From Chlorobiaceae bacterium (GTDB lineage: Bacteria > Bacteroidota > Chlorobiia > Chlorobiales > Chlorobiaceae), in the NCBI GenBank assembly GCA_013334485.1, contig JAAXXL010000002.1, positions 11,490-75,489 on the forward strand: 64,000 nucleotides of DNA, written 5' to 3'. Shown here piece after piece: positions 48,914 through 59,920 of the stretch; positions within the stretch are counted from its first letter, which is position 1, and the number at the start of each line of letters is the position of its first letter. Made by a program: the position numbers and the translations under genes. The notes under the pieces were generated by a model. That model made no database searches. It was not told the DNA's origin and worked only from the letters and a program-made list of their open reading frames with translations.

Positions 48914-49798
48914 TCATATCCCGACCCTGTTCCCGTATCTGTTAAACAAATAGTCAAAACAGGCTTGCAAAACAAAACGAATATAGAGCCATCGTTGATC
49001 ACTGTAACGGATACATTTCGAAATCTTGCTGTGGATATGTTTTTGGAGATACTTGGTATAAACTGGAAAAGCATGCCTGTATGTTTTGGAAATATACAGG
49101 CCATTTCTGACAATGAAATACATCCGCTTTGGCGAATGAATATGAAATGTTTTTCTTTTCAACCCAAAAAAAAAGGAACCGGAATACTCCTGACCTACAG
49201 TATGACAGATAAAACAGTTTACTGCCTGCACAACATCCAGACCGAGTAAATTGGCTCTCAGACAATAGTCATGATCGACGGAATCGATAAAAAGCGCCTC
49301 ATTAAAAACTCCTGTTTTCCGTGTTAATGACAAGTTCAACAGGTTACCGGAAGTCATCACTTCATCCTTTTTCTCATACACACATGCGCCTGACGCATTC
49401 GGCCTGTTTTCATGACTCGGTGACAATATTGCTACCCTGCTCTCATCAATTACAGCCAGAGATTCGAAATACCTTTTGGCCTGATCAGCATCGAAATAAC
49501 TATCCTGATCCATAGTAAGCAGCCAGGAGTAGTTATTCTCCAAACCCTTATTAATAGCAAGATTAAGTGCCGCCGCTATGCCAATATTTTGCCCGCAGGA
49601 CAACAGCTCAATATTTGGATATTTTCTTAACAGTTCAGGGGTAATCGGATGTCGGGGAGAAGGTGTATTATCGACTATATAAAGTCTTTCAATATAGGAA
49701 AGATAGGTTTCGATATTATCAACGCAGGATATGGGCGGCGCATAAAGTGTTATTATTCCACAAATTGTGCGATTATTCAATCTATTGGCTCCAGGCAA
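48914..49798 (-). CDS. Glycosyltransferase family 2 (rhamnosyltransferase-like)
   Basis: IVDNT, NIGIAAALN, LTMDQDS, VMTSGNLL, FIDSVDHDYCLR, YFIVRN; start codon uncertain. Confidence 0.87.
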   Translation of the reverse strand: MPGANRLNNRTICGIITLYAPPISCVDNIETYLSYIERLYIVDNTPSPRHPITPELLRKYPNIELLSCGQNIGIAAALNLAINKGLENNYSWLLTMDQDSYFDADQAKRYFESLAVIDESRVAILSPSHENRPNASGACVYEKKDEVMTSGNLLNLSLTRKTGVFNEALFIDSVDHDYCLRANLLGLDVVQAVNCFICHTVGQEYSGSFFFGLKRKTFHIHSPKRMYFIVRNGLYISKTYRHAFPVYTKYLQKHIHSKISKCIRYSDQRWLYIRFVLQACFDYLFNRYGNRVGI

Positions 49799-49891
49799 GA
49801 GTTTTTGTTATAGTATCAGGTACCCCCCCGACTCAGTCGTAAATACAGCGCGTACCGCAATCTAATAAACTATGGCGATTTACAAGATAAA

Positions 49892-51805
49892 CTACGCCAC
49901 ACCCGGTTCAAGCATTTTACCTGCAAACTGAATATCATAGAGATGTTTGTACAATCCACCGAGTTCCAGCAGCTCGGTGTGGTTACCGGACTCTACAGCC
50001 CTGCCACGCTCCATAACAATGATTCGGTCAGCATTCCTGATGGTTGAAAGACGATGAGCGACAACCAGTGCCGTGCGGTTTTCCAAAGCATGATCTATTG
50101 CCTGCTGTACAACTTTTTCGGATTCATTGTCAAGTGCACTTGTCGCCTCATCGAAAACCAGCAGTTCGGGATTCTTCACCATGGCACGTGCAATAGCCAG
50201 TCGCTGACGCTGACCGCCGGAAAGCTGTACCCCCCTGTCCCCGATCAGTGTCTGATACTGCTCCGGTTTCTCTTCAATGAACTGATGGGCATTAGCCATT
50301 TTAGCAGCCAGAATAACCCTTTCAGTGGTGATATGTTCATTGGTGCCATAGGCAATATTTTCCTGAATGGTATCATTGAAGAGAATCACCTCCTGGCTTA
50401 CAACTCCGATCATACGGCGCAACTGCTTGAAGTCATACTCACGAATATCAACACCGTCAATAGTAATCCTTCCTGAATCAACATCATAGAACCTCAGCAA
50501 AAGATCAACCGTCGTTGACTTTCCGGAACCTGACTGACCAACAAGCGCGACCATCTCCCCTTTTTTCAGTTCAAATGAGACATGATCAAGCACATTGGGC
50601 GCATCGACCTCCTTGCTGTATTTAAAACAGACATCCTCAAATTTGATAGTATGCGCAAAACCTTCGATAGGTCGGGTTCCATTTTTGATATCAGGTACCG
50701 TATCAAGCAGATCAAACAACCGTTCGGCAGATACCATCCCGAGCTGCATCTGGGTATTGACATCCCCGAACATCTTTACAGGACCCATAGTTGAGTAGAG
50801 GGTAAAAGCAAAAAGAATCAGTTCGGATGATGACATCCTGCCATCAAAGACCTGCAATCCACCAAACCAGAGCACCAGCGCTATAGCAGCAACAAGCAAC
50901 GTCTCATTCAGCGGACCGATAATATTCCGGTATCGGGCAATCCTGATGTCAAGATTCCTGAAATCACGGGTAAATGCCTGAAACCGCTCAAGCTCAACAT
51001 TTTCGAACGCACTTGACTTGATAACCTTTATTCCGCTGAACTTTTCCTGCAATACAGAGTTCATATCCCCCATTCTGGAACGAAAACTGGTAGCCAGTCC
51101 TTTAACTTCCTTACCGATAATACGGATAACAAAAAATATCAGGATTGAAGTAAACGAAGCAAACAGTGTAAGCTTCCAGCTCAACACCAGAAGAACGCCA
51201 AGATAAACCAGTATGGAAAAGGGGTTCTGCAACAAATTGACAAATGTTGTACTGACCGTATTGTTGACAGACTGTACATCATTATAGACCAGGTTCATCA
51301 GATTTCCGACCCGGTTCTTGTTAAAATAGTCAAGATGCATCTCGATAATATTATGAAAAACATCATCCCGGAGTTTCTTTGCCGTCTTGGTCTGAATTCT
51401 GAAAATAAGCTGACCGTTCAGGTAGACAAACAAGTTTTTAACTGCAAAGGCTGCAATCAAAAACAGGCAGATATTGAGCAATGTCCGCTCTTTGGTCTCG
51501 GCATGAAACGCTGTTTCAAATGCCGTGGTCACCTGAGCCTTCAGCTTTTCTGTATCAAACCCCGAGACTAATGATGAAGAGGATTCCGTTGCAGTGCTCA
51601 CCTTTTTTTCCTGCGAAGGGCCAGTTCCAGGGTTAAGCGGAGACTCAATACTCCTGTCGGCAGTAAAAACCGCATTCAGGAGGGGAAGCACCGAATAGAT
51701 TGAAACCACTCCGAGCAGTGATGTCATGATACTGACAATAACGACAAGCGCAACCTTTCCCTTCGACGGCAGAAGGTAACGCAAAACTCTTATATACAAA
51801 CTCAT
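49892..51805 (-). CDS. msbA: MsbA-like lipid A/LPS flippase ABC transporter
   Basis: Fused TMD and NBD (GQSGSGKST, LSGGQRQR, DEATSALD); lies next to lpxL in the LPS cluster. Confidence 0.78.
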   Translation of the reverse strand: MSLYIRVLRYLLPSKGKVALVVIVSIMTSLLGVVSIYSVLPLLNAVFTADRSIESPLNPGTGPSQEKKVSTATESSSSLVSGFDTEKLKAQVTTAFETAFHAETKERTLLNICLFLIAAFAVKNLFVYLNGQLIFRIQTKTAKKLRDDVFHNIIEMHLDYFNKNRVGNLMNLVYNDVQSVNNTVSTTFVNLLQNPFSILVYLGVLLVLSWKLTLFASFTSILIFFVIRIIGKEVKGLATSFRSRMGDMNSVLQEKFSGIKVIKSSAFENVELERFQAFTRDFRNLDIRIARYRNIIGPLNETLLVAAIALVLWFGGLQVFDGRMSSSELILFAFTLYSTMGPVKMFGDVNTQMQLGMVSAERLFDLLDTVPDIKNGTRPIEGFAHTIKFEDVCFKYSKEVDAPNVLDHVSFELKKGEMVALVGQSGSGKSTTVDLLLRFYDVDSGRITIDGVDIREYDFKQLRRMIGVVSQEVILFNDTIQENIAYGTNEHITTERVILAAKMANAHQFIEEKPEQYQTLIGDRGVQLSGGQRQRLAIARAMVKNPELLVFDEATSALDNESEKVVQQAIDHALENRTALVVAHRLSTIRNADRIIVMERGRAVESGNHTELLELGGLYKHLYDIQFAGKMLEPGVA

Positions 51806-51913
51806 AACAAAATGATCTGTTCCTGCATAGCAAAAATTCCGAGTACAATCTACATTTTCAACCCCGCTTATACAAAAAAGGGTTGAATAGCGAAACCTGG
51901 GGGATATCTGGAT

Positions 51914-52831
51914 TTATGGTTCCGATCGCTTCCAGCGATTATGCAGCCAAAACCACTCTTCAGGATAGTTATAAATATAGCGCTCAATCACCTTTGTATA
52001 CCGGAGAGCAAGCTCTTCAGCATCCGCCCTGCTGCTTCCGAAATCACTCACATCAATCTCCTCTATATCGATAGTGTAACGATCCTCTCCGGTTCTGCGA
52101 CACATGACAACAAAAATCGGAACACCTGCTTTAAGAGCAAGAAATGCCGGGCCAAGGAATACTGCTGTGCGCCGACCGAGAAATTCAGAAAAAAAAGAGC
52201 CACCAGGATCAGACTGATCACCAAGAATTGATAAAAAGCCCCCCTCACGAAGTGTGCGCAATCCTTTGCGAACCGCCTGCCAGTCGTAGACGATACTGTT
52301 CCCCTGCATGGTCCTCCAACTATTGATTTTTCGGTCAATAGCGTGATTTCTCAACTCCTTTACCACAATAGTCAACGGTGCCATAAGGAGACCGGCACAG
52401 AGAGCCATGAGCTCCCAGTTACCGAAATGAGCAGATACCAGCACACAACCTTTCTGCTGATCCCGTGTTTTTGAAAGCAGCAGACGAGCATCGAGGTCAA
52501 GAAGCCGGGAAGCATCTTCTGCTGTTTTAATCATGGGCAGACGGAGCACTTCTATGAAATTTTCAGCCTGGTTCCGGTAGACCTGCCGGGCAATCGCCGT
52601 GATCTCCCCGCTGTTTTTTTTCGGAAAAGTAAGGGTAAGATTCTCTTCGACAAGCGTACGCCTTATTTTAAGGGTACGATAGAGAAAATCACCAATCAAG
52701 TGGGCAATGACAGTCGATGCACTTCGGCTTAAACTCCGAACAATAACGCCGAGCATCATGATCAGGCTATAGAGCACTCCCTCGACAATGTTTCGTTGTA
52801 TTTTTCCTTTAGGCATCATTGAATTCGCCAC
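51914..52831 (-). CDS. lpxL: Lipid A biosynthesis lauroyl/myristoyl acyltransferase family
   Basis: SAHFGNWE, LGDQ, FLG, PEEWFWLHNRWK. Confidence 0.85.
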   Translation of the reverse strand: MANSMMPKGKIQRNIVEGVLYSLIMMLGVIVRSLSRSASTVIAHLIGDFLYRTLKIRRTLVEENLTLTFPKKNSGEITAIARQVYRNQAENFIEVLRLPMIKTAEDASRLLDLDARLLLSKTRDQQKGCVLVSAHFGNWELMALCAGLLMAPLTIVVKELRNHAIDRKINSWRTMQGNSIVYDWQAVRKGLRTLREGGFLSILGDQSDPGGSFFSEFLGRRTAVFLGPAFLALKAGVPIFVVMCRRTGEDRYTIDIEEIDVSDFGSSRADAEELALRYTKVIERYIYNYPEEWFWLHNRWKRSEP

Positions 52832-52930
52832 TATTTTACCATGCGGACAATCGAAGAGTATACGCTAAATTGAAAAAATATTGCCTCTTTATGGCTTATA
52901 AGCTGTAAAAACAATCCGGACATACTGATA

Positions 52931-53452
52931 ATGATGGTTATGAATGAATCGGGTAAGGTACTGAACCATGACGAAGCTCTTCATAAGGTACAGGAATGGC
53001 AGGCTTCCGGAGAAACCGTTGTTTTTACCAACGGCTGTTTCGATATCCTTCATGCAGGGCACGTCGAGTATCTGACTGCTGCAAAAAAACTTGGCGCACG
53101 ACTTCTGATCGGCCTGAACAGTGATGCTTCGGTGCGAAGACTGAAAGGCCCGAATCGACCGGTCTGCCATGAAAAGGACAGGGCTGCGGTTCTTGCCGCT
53201 CTGACGGCCGTCGATGCAGTTACGTTGTTTGAAGAAGATACCCCTGAAACGCTTATAACCCTCCTTTTACCTGATATTCTGCTCAAAGGCGCGGACTGGG
53301 CAGTTGAACATATAGCCGGAGCAAAGGCCGTGCTTGAAAATGGCGGCAAAGTCCTGACCGTCCCGCTCCTTGAGGGTCGATCAACAAGTACTATCATTGA
53401 CAAAATTCTTCAGCTCTACACTAACTCATCACCCGGCAGTGGAAAAGATTAA
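52931..53452 (+). CDS. rfaE2: D-glycero-beta-D-manno-heptose 1-phosphate adenylyltransferase
   Basis: FTNGCFDILHAGH, GLNSDASVRRLKG..RP, KGADW, GRSTSTII. Confidence 0.94.
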   Translation: MMVMNESGKVLNHDEALHKVQEWQASGETVVFTNGCFDILHAGHVEYLTAAKKLGARLLIGLNSDASVRRLKGPNRPVCHEKDRAAVLAALTAVDAVTLFEEDTPETLITLLLPDILLKGADWAVEHIAGAKAVLENGGKVLTVPLLEGRSTSTIIDKILQLYTNSSPGSGKD

Positions 53453-56400
53453 ACACTATACAATCAAACTGCTGACAGCTTTTACCGGGTTCATTCTTGT
53501 TCTGTCGCTTGTCGCTCTAACTGTTCTGAACAGCGGAGTGCTTGATCTGCTGGTCAAAAAACAGGCAGTTGCTCTTTTTAACGAAAATTTTGTCGGACGT
53601 CTGGAAGTGAAGGAGCTGCACCTGAAGTTCCCTAATAATGTCACACTGATCAACCTCCGCATATACGGACCCGGTGAAACCGTTCCGGCACTCGAAGCCC
53701 GCAAGGTTTCAGCAAAGGTAAACTTCCTCACCTTTATTCAGCCTGAAATCAAAAAACTCTATTTTCGACGACTTGATGCTGATTCACTGAATGCAAGAGT
53801 TATCGAACAGGACAATGGCAAACTCAATCTTGAACTGCTCTTTGCATTTCGCGATCCCAAAGTAAAACAAGCTCCCCTGGATCATTTTTTCAGCAAAAAA
53901 CTGCATCTAAAAAACAGCACTCTCACCTATAGCGGGAAAAAAAGCAACCCGAACGCTCGCCAGATTACGGTGAACAATATCAATCTGGCTCTCTCATCAT
54001 TCACCGTAAAAGATAAATTTCTGAAGGGAAAACTTGACACACTGCAACTCACTCTCCCCCGCCAAAATATCACACTGCACAATGCATCCGGAAGTTTTCT
54101 TCTTTCGGAAGTCCGATCAGAAATAATCGAACTTAAAGCCACGGCCAATAAAAGCAAAGCTGAATTCTCAGCCACTTTTGACAACTTTAATATATTCTCC
54201 TCCCTCTTTCAAAAACAGCTTTTACGCGCTGACTCTTTTGTAAATATTCAGGAATTCTCACTACACAGCAGTGATCTGAAACAGTTTTTCCCGACCCTTG
54301 TAATGCCCGAAGGTATCTACACACTGAAAGGCAATGCAAAATCGAAAAAAGATAACATTGAAATCCTTGATGCGCTCCTGACACACAGGAAAAGCAGAAT
54401 TATGGTAAAAGGTGAACTGCTTAACCTGCAAAACAGAAATGCCCTTGCATACCAGCTTGAATGTGACAGCTCACGAGTTGAAGGCACCTATATCGAGTCG
54501 CTTCTGAACGAAATATCGCACAAAAATATCGCACATAAAACCGGTGACATTACGTTTTTCGGCAAGGCAAAAGGCACACTGAAAGCACTCAAGTCAGAAC
54601 TGACTCTTCGTACCGCTCCCGGAGAACTCTCACTGAATGCAGAGACATCAAGAGATGGATCGGATCAATTTTCATCCAAAGGCACCGTTGTACTGAAAAA
54701 CCTGAAACCTCAAAAACTGATTGACGCGGGCGGAGAAAAAAGCCTGATCAACGCATCCGGCAGCTTTGATGGAGTGGTGGCCAACAAAAAGATAAACCGC
54801 CTGAAGCTTGATATGAAGCTGGCTGACTCATACTGGCAGAATCAGCCACTCAAAGAGGGCAGTGTGCTGCTTGACTACGGCAGTGATATGATGAGTGCTA
54901 CGGTGTTTCTCAAAAACAATATCACGTCGTTCACCCTTGATGGCGGAATTGACCTGAAAGATAAAACACCGCGCTACCAGGCATATGGCAAAACCTCAGC
55001 TCTCGATCTGTCGAAAATAGTCGGTTCAGAGCAGTATAAAACCGATCTGAACGGCACATTCAGCATGAACGGATCAGGTTTTGACCCGAAAGCTCTGAAT
55101 GTTTTTGCGGTAATGAAGTTCGCCCCCTCCGCAATCAACAATATTCGCCTGAAAGAAAATTCAAAGGCATCTGTCGAGATTGTACAAAAACCCGGCACTT
55201 CCAGAACAACGATCAACAGTGATTTTTTTGACCTTCTTACCGAAGGTAATTTTTCATTTGATGAACTGATTGCTCTTTACAGACTGACAGAATCCGGAAT
55301 TACGAGGGAGATCGCACTGCAGAATATCTGGCACTCATCCATGCCCGCCCCTGAAAGCAGTTCGGGTAACCTGACCAAACCTTTCACAGTCAACTACCTT
55401 GTAACGGTCAAGGATCTCTCACCGTTCAAGCAACTGTTCCCTCTGGAAGATCTCTCACTGAAGGGACGTGCCGAAGGTAGAGCTTTATACAGTAATGGAG
55501 CGTGTTCGATAGAGAGTGCAATAAGAGTTGAACGATTGCAGGCCAATAACAATCTGCTGATAGAAAAGCTCGCTATGGCGGCGGGGCTGGAGTGCACAGC
55601 AAGCGAGACGAAAAAAGCAACACTAAACGCGAAGGCCGCATCACTCACCTTTGCAGGCAAAAAAACAGGTGCGGCCATCTTGACCGCTCTCTACACTCCA
55701 TCACTGCTTGATACCTCGCTCGACATCTCCATCCTTGAGCCTCAGCAGAACTTTTCAGCAAAATTATCAGCCGCAAAAAGCAGCAACAGTTATGACCTGA
55801 CCGTCAACCACCTCTCCTTGAAAGATGCTGAAGGTACCTGGCAGGTATCTGAAAAATCACATGTCAGGCTCGGAAGAACAGCAGCAATCTTCAATCGCTT
55901 CAGTTTAATGAAAGGAGGCCAGCAGATTGTGCTTAATGGAGAGCTCAGCAACTCGCAGTCAGGCACACTTCAATGTATACTGAACAAAGTTCAACTCCGG
56001 GAGTTGAAACAGTTTGCGATCCATCCTTCACTTGATCTGCTTGAAGGAACCATCAATGCAACCCTGATGGTCAGCGGAACGCCCGGCGCAAAAACAACCA
56101 CACTAAAACTGAGCGGAGAGGATATCCGATATGATAAAAACCGGATAGGAACCATACAGGGCACCGCCCGGCACCGTTCCGGCCAGCTTCAGTTTGAGAT
56201 GCATAACAACTCACAGAGTCCAGGAAACAGTGCGAAACCGATAGTTGCAATGAACACATTCGAGGGAAGCGGAACCATCCCTCTGGAACTCAGCTACTAC
56301 CCCCTGCAAATCAGGACTGCACCGCAACAACCGGTCAGAGTTTCATTCCGCTCGGATAATCTGTCCGCGCAGTTGCTGAAATACGCGCTCCCGATCATTG

Positions 56401-57968
56401 ATGAGGCCGACGGTATAATCCCGACAACACTCAGAATTGAGGGAAGAACACCGACACCCGATATCTATCTGACAACCCGGCTGATTGATACAAAAATAAG
56501 AATTGAACCCACACAGGTTACCTATCTGCTTAATGGCGACATCTACATAACGCCAAAAGTAATCGAACTTCGGGATATCAAAATCCGTGATAATCTCAAA
56601 GGCACGGGCCTGATAAACGGCCTGGTAAAGCTCGATAAATTGAAACCAGGGGATCTTTCTCTCGGATGCCGGATTGAAAATCTTTTGCTGTTCAACAAAA
56701 AAGACAGAAAAGATGAAACCTCATTTGGAACCATTACCGGCTCTTCAAACAATCTTATGCTTCATGGGACTCTATCCTCCCCGCTGGCCGAGGGAGAGCT
56801 GCGTATCAACGCTGCTGATTTCTCTCTTTACCGTATCGGAGCAAATGAAAGCGCAAAATATCTTGGTGTCAGCAAGTTTATAGAATTTGTGCCCCGCTAC
56901 CCATCAAAGAGCGCTTCTGATATTCAGGGAAACAAAACACCTGCCCAATCGGCCGAATTCAACTATTCACTGCTTGATATCCTCCAGATTAAAAACCTGC
57001 GGCTTACAAGTAATGTCCCGATCAAATGCAGTGTTGTCTTTGATCGACTCAGGGGCGAGCAGATTGAGACCTCAGTTAACAATCTCTCTCTGATCGTCAA
57101 TAAAAACGATCAGCAATACCGGCTGTTCGGTTCGGTGAACGTCATAGGAGGCAAATACAAATTTTCAAACTCAAATTTTGACCTGCAGGATGGAGGAAAG
57201 GTAACATGGAACAACGCTGACATCCGGGGTGGCGTCATGGATAACCTGTACGGTATAAAATACGTCAGTGTTGTAAACCAGCAGACCGCTGAACGTGATA
57301 ACGTAAAACTGCTCCTTGCCATCACCGGTTCACTCAACGCTCCACAGGTTGGGATGGGCTACTATCTGAACGAACAGTCTCAACCATTCTCCTCCCTCAA
57401 CACAATCGGAGGTCAATCAAGCCAGATAGATCCCAACGCACAGCTTAATGTCATCTCCATGCTGTTCTCAAAACAGTGGTATATAAGACCGGGAAGCAGC
57501 ACTCAGAACACCGGTTTGGCATCCAACGTCGGAATATCGACAGGAACCGGCATGATTTCATCCCAGATTTCAAGAGTCGTGCAGGATATTGCCGGAATAG
57601 AAAGCTTCAATGTCAATGTGGGCGTGGATAAAAATGGCGCACTGAGCGGTCTGGATCTTTACTTTGCGCTCAACATTCCTGGTACCGGAGGAAAAGTCCG
57701 GTTTATAGGCACGGGAAGCTCACCAAACATGAAACAATCGGTCATGGCCAATTATTATGGTACAGCCCAGAAAATCGAATACCGAGTAACACCTAAAATA
57801 TATCTGGAAGCCTATCGTTCTTACGGACAGACAGGAAATGAGACTTCAAGCATCAATCTGCAAAAACCATCGGAAACATGGGGAGCAAGCATCTCATTCA
57901 GGGAACGGTTCAACTCGTGGGACCAGTTCTGGAAACGAATTATTCCTTCTTCCGGCAAAAAAAAATAA
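53439..57968 (+). CDS. Translocation/assembly module TamB-like (AsmA-like, DUF490) protein
   Basis: About 1500 aa, N-terminal TM anchor, beta-rich body, C-terminal GGKYKF...FDL..GGKVTWN segment; start revised to GTG 53439. Confidence 0.8.
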   Translation: MEKIKHYTIKLLTAFTGFILVLSLVALTVLNSGVLDLLVKKQAVALFNENFVGRLEVKELHLKFPNNVTLINLRIYGPGETVPALEARKVSAKVNFLTFIQPEIKKLYFRRLDADSLNARVIEQDNGKLNLELLFAFRDPKVKQAPLDHFFSKKLHLKNSTLTYSGKKSNPNARQITVNNINLALSSFTVKDKFLKGKLDTLQLTLPRQNITLHNASGSFLLSEVRSEIIELKATANKSKAEFSATFDNFNIFSSLFQKQLLRADSFVNIQEFSLHSSDLKQFFPTLVMPEGIYTLKGNAKSKKDNIEILDALLTHRKSRIMVKGELLNLQNRNALAYQLECDSSRVEGTYIESLLNEISHKNIAHKTGDITFFGKAKGTLKALKSELTLRTAPGELSLNAETSRDGSDQFSSKGTVVLKNLKPQKLIDAGGEKSLINASGSFDGVVANKKINRLKLDMKLADSYWQNQPLKEGSVLLDYGSDMMSATVFLKNNITSFTLDGGIDLKDKTPRYQAYGKTSALDLSKIVGSEQYKTDLNGTFSMNGSGFDPKALNVFAVMKFAPSAINNIRLKENSKASVEIVQKPGTSRTTINSDFFDLLTEGNFSFDELIALYRLTESGITREIALQNIWHSSMPAPESSSGNLTKPFTVNYLVTVKDLSPFKQLFPLEDLSLKGRAEGRALYSNGACSIESAIRVERLQANNNLLIEKLAMAAGLECTASETKKATLNAKAASLTFAGKKTGAAILTALYTPSLLDTSLDISILEPQQNFSAKLSAAKSSNSYDLTVNHLSLKDAEGTWQVSEKSHVRLGRTAAIFNRFSLMKGGQQIVLNGELSNSQSGTLQCILNKVQLRELKQFAIHPSLDLLEGTINATLMVSGTPGAKTTTLKLSGEDIRYDKNRIGTIQGTARHRSGQLQFEMHNNSQSPGNSAKPIVAMNTFEGSGTIPLELSYYPLQIRTAPQQPVRVSFRSDNLSAQLLKYALPIIDEADGIIPTTLRIEGRTPTPDIYLTTRLIDTKIRIEPTQVTYLLNGDIYITPKVIELRDIKIRDNLKGTGLINGLVKLDKLKPGDLSLGCRIENLLLFNKKDRKDETSFGTITGSSNNLMLHGTLSSPLAEGELRINAADFSLYRIGANESAKYLGVSKFIEFVPRYPSKSASDIQGNKTPAQSAEFNYSLLDILQIKNLRLTSNVPIKCSVVFDRLRGEQIETSVNNLSLIVNKNDQQYRLFGSVNVIGGKYKFSNSNFDLQDGGKVTWNNADIRGGVMDNLYGIKYVSVVNQQTAERDNVKLLLAITGSLNAPQVGMGYYLNEQSQPFSSLNTIGGQSSQIDPNAQLNVISMLFSKQWYIRPGSSTQNTGLASNVGISTGTGMISSQISRVVQDIAGIESFNVNVGVDKNGALSGLDLYFALNIPGTGGKVRFIGTGSSPNMKQSVMANYYGTAQKIEYRVTPKIYLEAYRSYGQTGNETSSINLQKPSETWGASISFRERFNSWDQFWKRIIPSSGKKK

Positions 57969-58031
57969 ATCCTGCTGTTTTTGTAGATTGATGGAGAACC
58001 ATTCTGAAATAAACCCATAGGAAATAATCTT

Positions 58032-59267
58032 TTGAGAGGCAAAAACATCATCATCGGGATCTGCGGAGGTATTGCCGCCTATAAAACGCCACAACTGGTA
58101 AGAGCGTTAAAAAAAGAGGGTGCAAATGTCAGGGTTGCCCTTACCGACGGTGGAGCCCGCTTTGTCAGTGAACTTGCTCTTGCAACCGTTTCCCAGGAGC
58201 CTGTTTACCGGAAAATATTTCCTCCGGCTGACACACCGGAAACAGATTATACTCACCATATCTCGCTTGGAGAGTGGGCTGACGCGCTGGTCATTGCTCC
58301 AGCCACTGCTAACACGCTTGCAAGACTTGCAGCAGGACTGTGCGACGATATGCTTACCGCCTGTTTTCTTACCCTTCGTCCTGGTAAACCGGTGCTGATT
58401 TTTCCGGCCATGGATGGCCAGATGTTTCTCTCTGCGTCAGTTCAGAGAAACATAGCTCTGCTTCAGGAACAGGGGTGTCTGGTATTCCGCCCTGAAAGCG
58501 GGGAGCTGGCCTCAGGACAATGCGGACTCGGCCGTATGGCTGAACCTGACACCATCAAATCCCGTCTTGAAGAGGCGCTTCAAAAGCCGACTGAACACTC
58601 CCCGCTTCAAGGTAAAACCATTGTTGTGACTGCCGGACCGACAAGAGAGAAGATTGATGGTGTCCGCTACATCTCCAACTACTCTTCAGGCAAAATGGGA
58701 TTCGCAATCGCCCGTGCAGCAGTTGAACGCGGCGCGTTGGTCACCCTTATTACCGGACCGGTTAATCTCGAAACCCCGCCGGGAGTGGAGCGCATTAATG
58801 TTGAAAGTGCCACTGAAATGCTTGCCGCCGCCCGAAATTTTTTCCAGAGCTGCACACTCTTTATCGGAGCAGCGGCTGTGGCTGATTATCGGCCGGCTCT
58901 CCCTTTTGAGGGGAAAATGAAAAAAAATTCTTCTGAAATTGAACTCACACTTGTAAAAAATCCTGATATTCTTGCAGAGTTCAGTCTGCAAAAAAGCAGT
59001 AATCAACTTGCCATTGGATTTGCTCTCGAAATGCAGTCCGACCTTGTTAACGCACAAAAAAAACTTGAAGCCAAACAGCTTGACCTGATTGCTTTTAACT
59101 TTTTTGACCGCAAAACGGCCGGATTTGAAGTTGATACCAATATCCTCACCCTGATAGAAGAGAGCGGTGCGACAACCGAACTGCCTCAACTTCCCAAAGA
59201 GGAAGCAGCAAAAAGGTTGCTTGACGCAATAGAAGAGCTTTACGTGAATAAAGGAATCAATTGCTGA
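58032..59267 (+). CDS. coaBC: Bifunctional phosphopantothenoylcysteine decarboxylase/ligase
   Basis: GGIAAYK, APATANT, PAMD, TAGPTRE.ID.VRYISNYSSGKMG, AAVADY, NPDIL. Confidence 0.97.
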   Translation: MRGKNIIIGICGGIAAYKTPQLVRALKKEGANVRVALTDGGARFVSELALATVSQEPVYRKIFPPADTPETDYTHHISLGEWADALVIAPATANTLARLAAGLCDDMLTACFLTLRPGKPVLIFPAMDGQMFLSASVQRNIALLQEQGCLVFRPESGELASGQCGLGRMAEPDTIKSRLEEALQKPTEHSPLQGKTIVVTAGPTREKIDGVRYISNYSSGKMGFAIARAAVERGALVTLITGPVNLETPPGVERINVESATEMLAAARNFFQSCTLFIGAAAVADYRPALPFEGKMKKNSSEIELTLVKNPDILAEFSLQKSSNQLAIGFALEMQSDLVNAQKKLEAKQLDLIAFNFFDRKTAGFEVDTNILTLIEESGATTELPQLPKEEAAKRLLDAIEELYVNKGINC

Positions 59268-59920
59268 AAATAAACACTGACTGTATGCAAGAGGTATCGT
59301 TTGACGGTAAAGGGAGTACTCCCGTTTCTACCATAGAATCGCTTGCAATGCTTGGAGATATGGCCAAAGAGTGCTGCAAATGCGAGCTTGCAACAACCAG
59401 AAAGAGTGTGGTTGTGGGCGAAGGCAGCCCCCTTGCAGAAATTGTTGTTATCGGCGAAGCCCCCGGGGCGGAAGAGGATGCTTCTGGACGACCTTTTGTA
59501 GGAAGATCGGGCCAGTTGCTCACAAAAATGCTACAGGCAGTTCATATTGAACGTGAAGATGTCTATATATGCAACATTCTGAAATGCAGGCCTCCGGGAA
59601 ACCGCAACCCGCTCGCAGATGAGATAAAACTCTGTATTCCCTGGCTTCTGCAACAATTGCAGATTATAAATCCAAAAATCATTCTGATTCTTGGAAAGGT
59701 GGCAGCAAATACCATTCTTGAAAATACCCTCGCAATGGGGACGATGCGGGGAAAGCTGATCCGATGGAAAGCATTTGACTGTTTTGTAACCTATCACCCG
59801 GCTGCACTGCTGCGTAACCCTAACTGGAAAAGGGCCTGCTGGGAGGATCTGCAGATGATGGAGCAACACTACAATAACTTGAGCGAAAAAGAAACGCTTC
59901 ACGACAAGGACATGGCATGA
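59261..59920 (+). CDS. Uracil-DNA glycosylase family 4
   Basis: C..C, GEAPG, PFVGRSG.LL, NILKCRPPGNR, TYHPAALLRNP. Confidence 0.94.
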   Translation: MLKINTDCMQEVSFDGKGSTPVSTIESLAMLGDMAKECCKCELATTRKSVVVGEGSPLAEIVVIGEAPGAEEDASGRPFVGRSGQLLTKMLQAVHIEREDVYICNILKCRPPGNRNPLADEIKLCIPWLLQQLQIINPKIILILGKVAANTILENTLAMGTMRGKLIRWKAFDCFVTYHPAALLRNPNWKRACWEDLQMMEQHYNNLSEKETLHDKDMA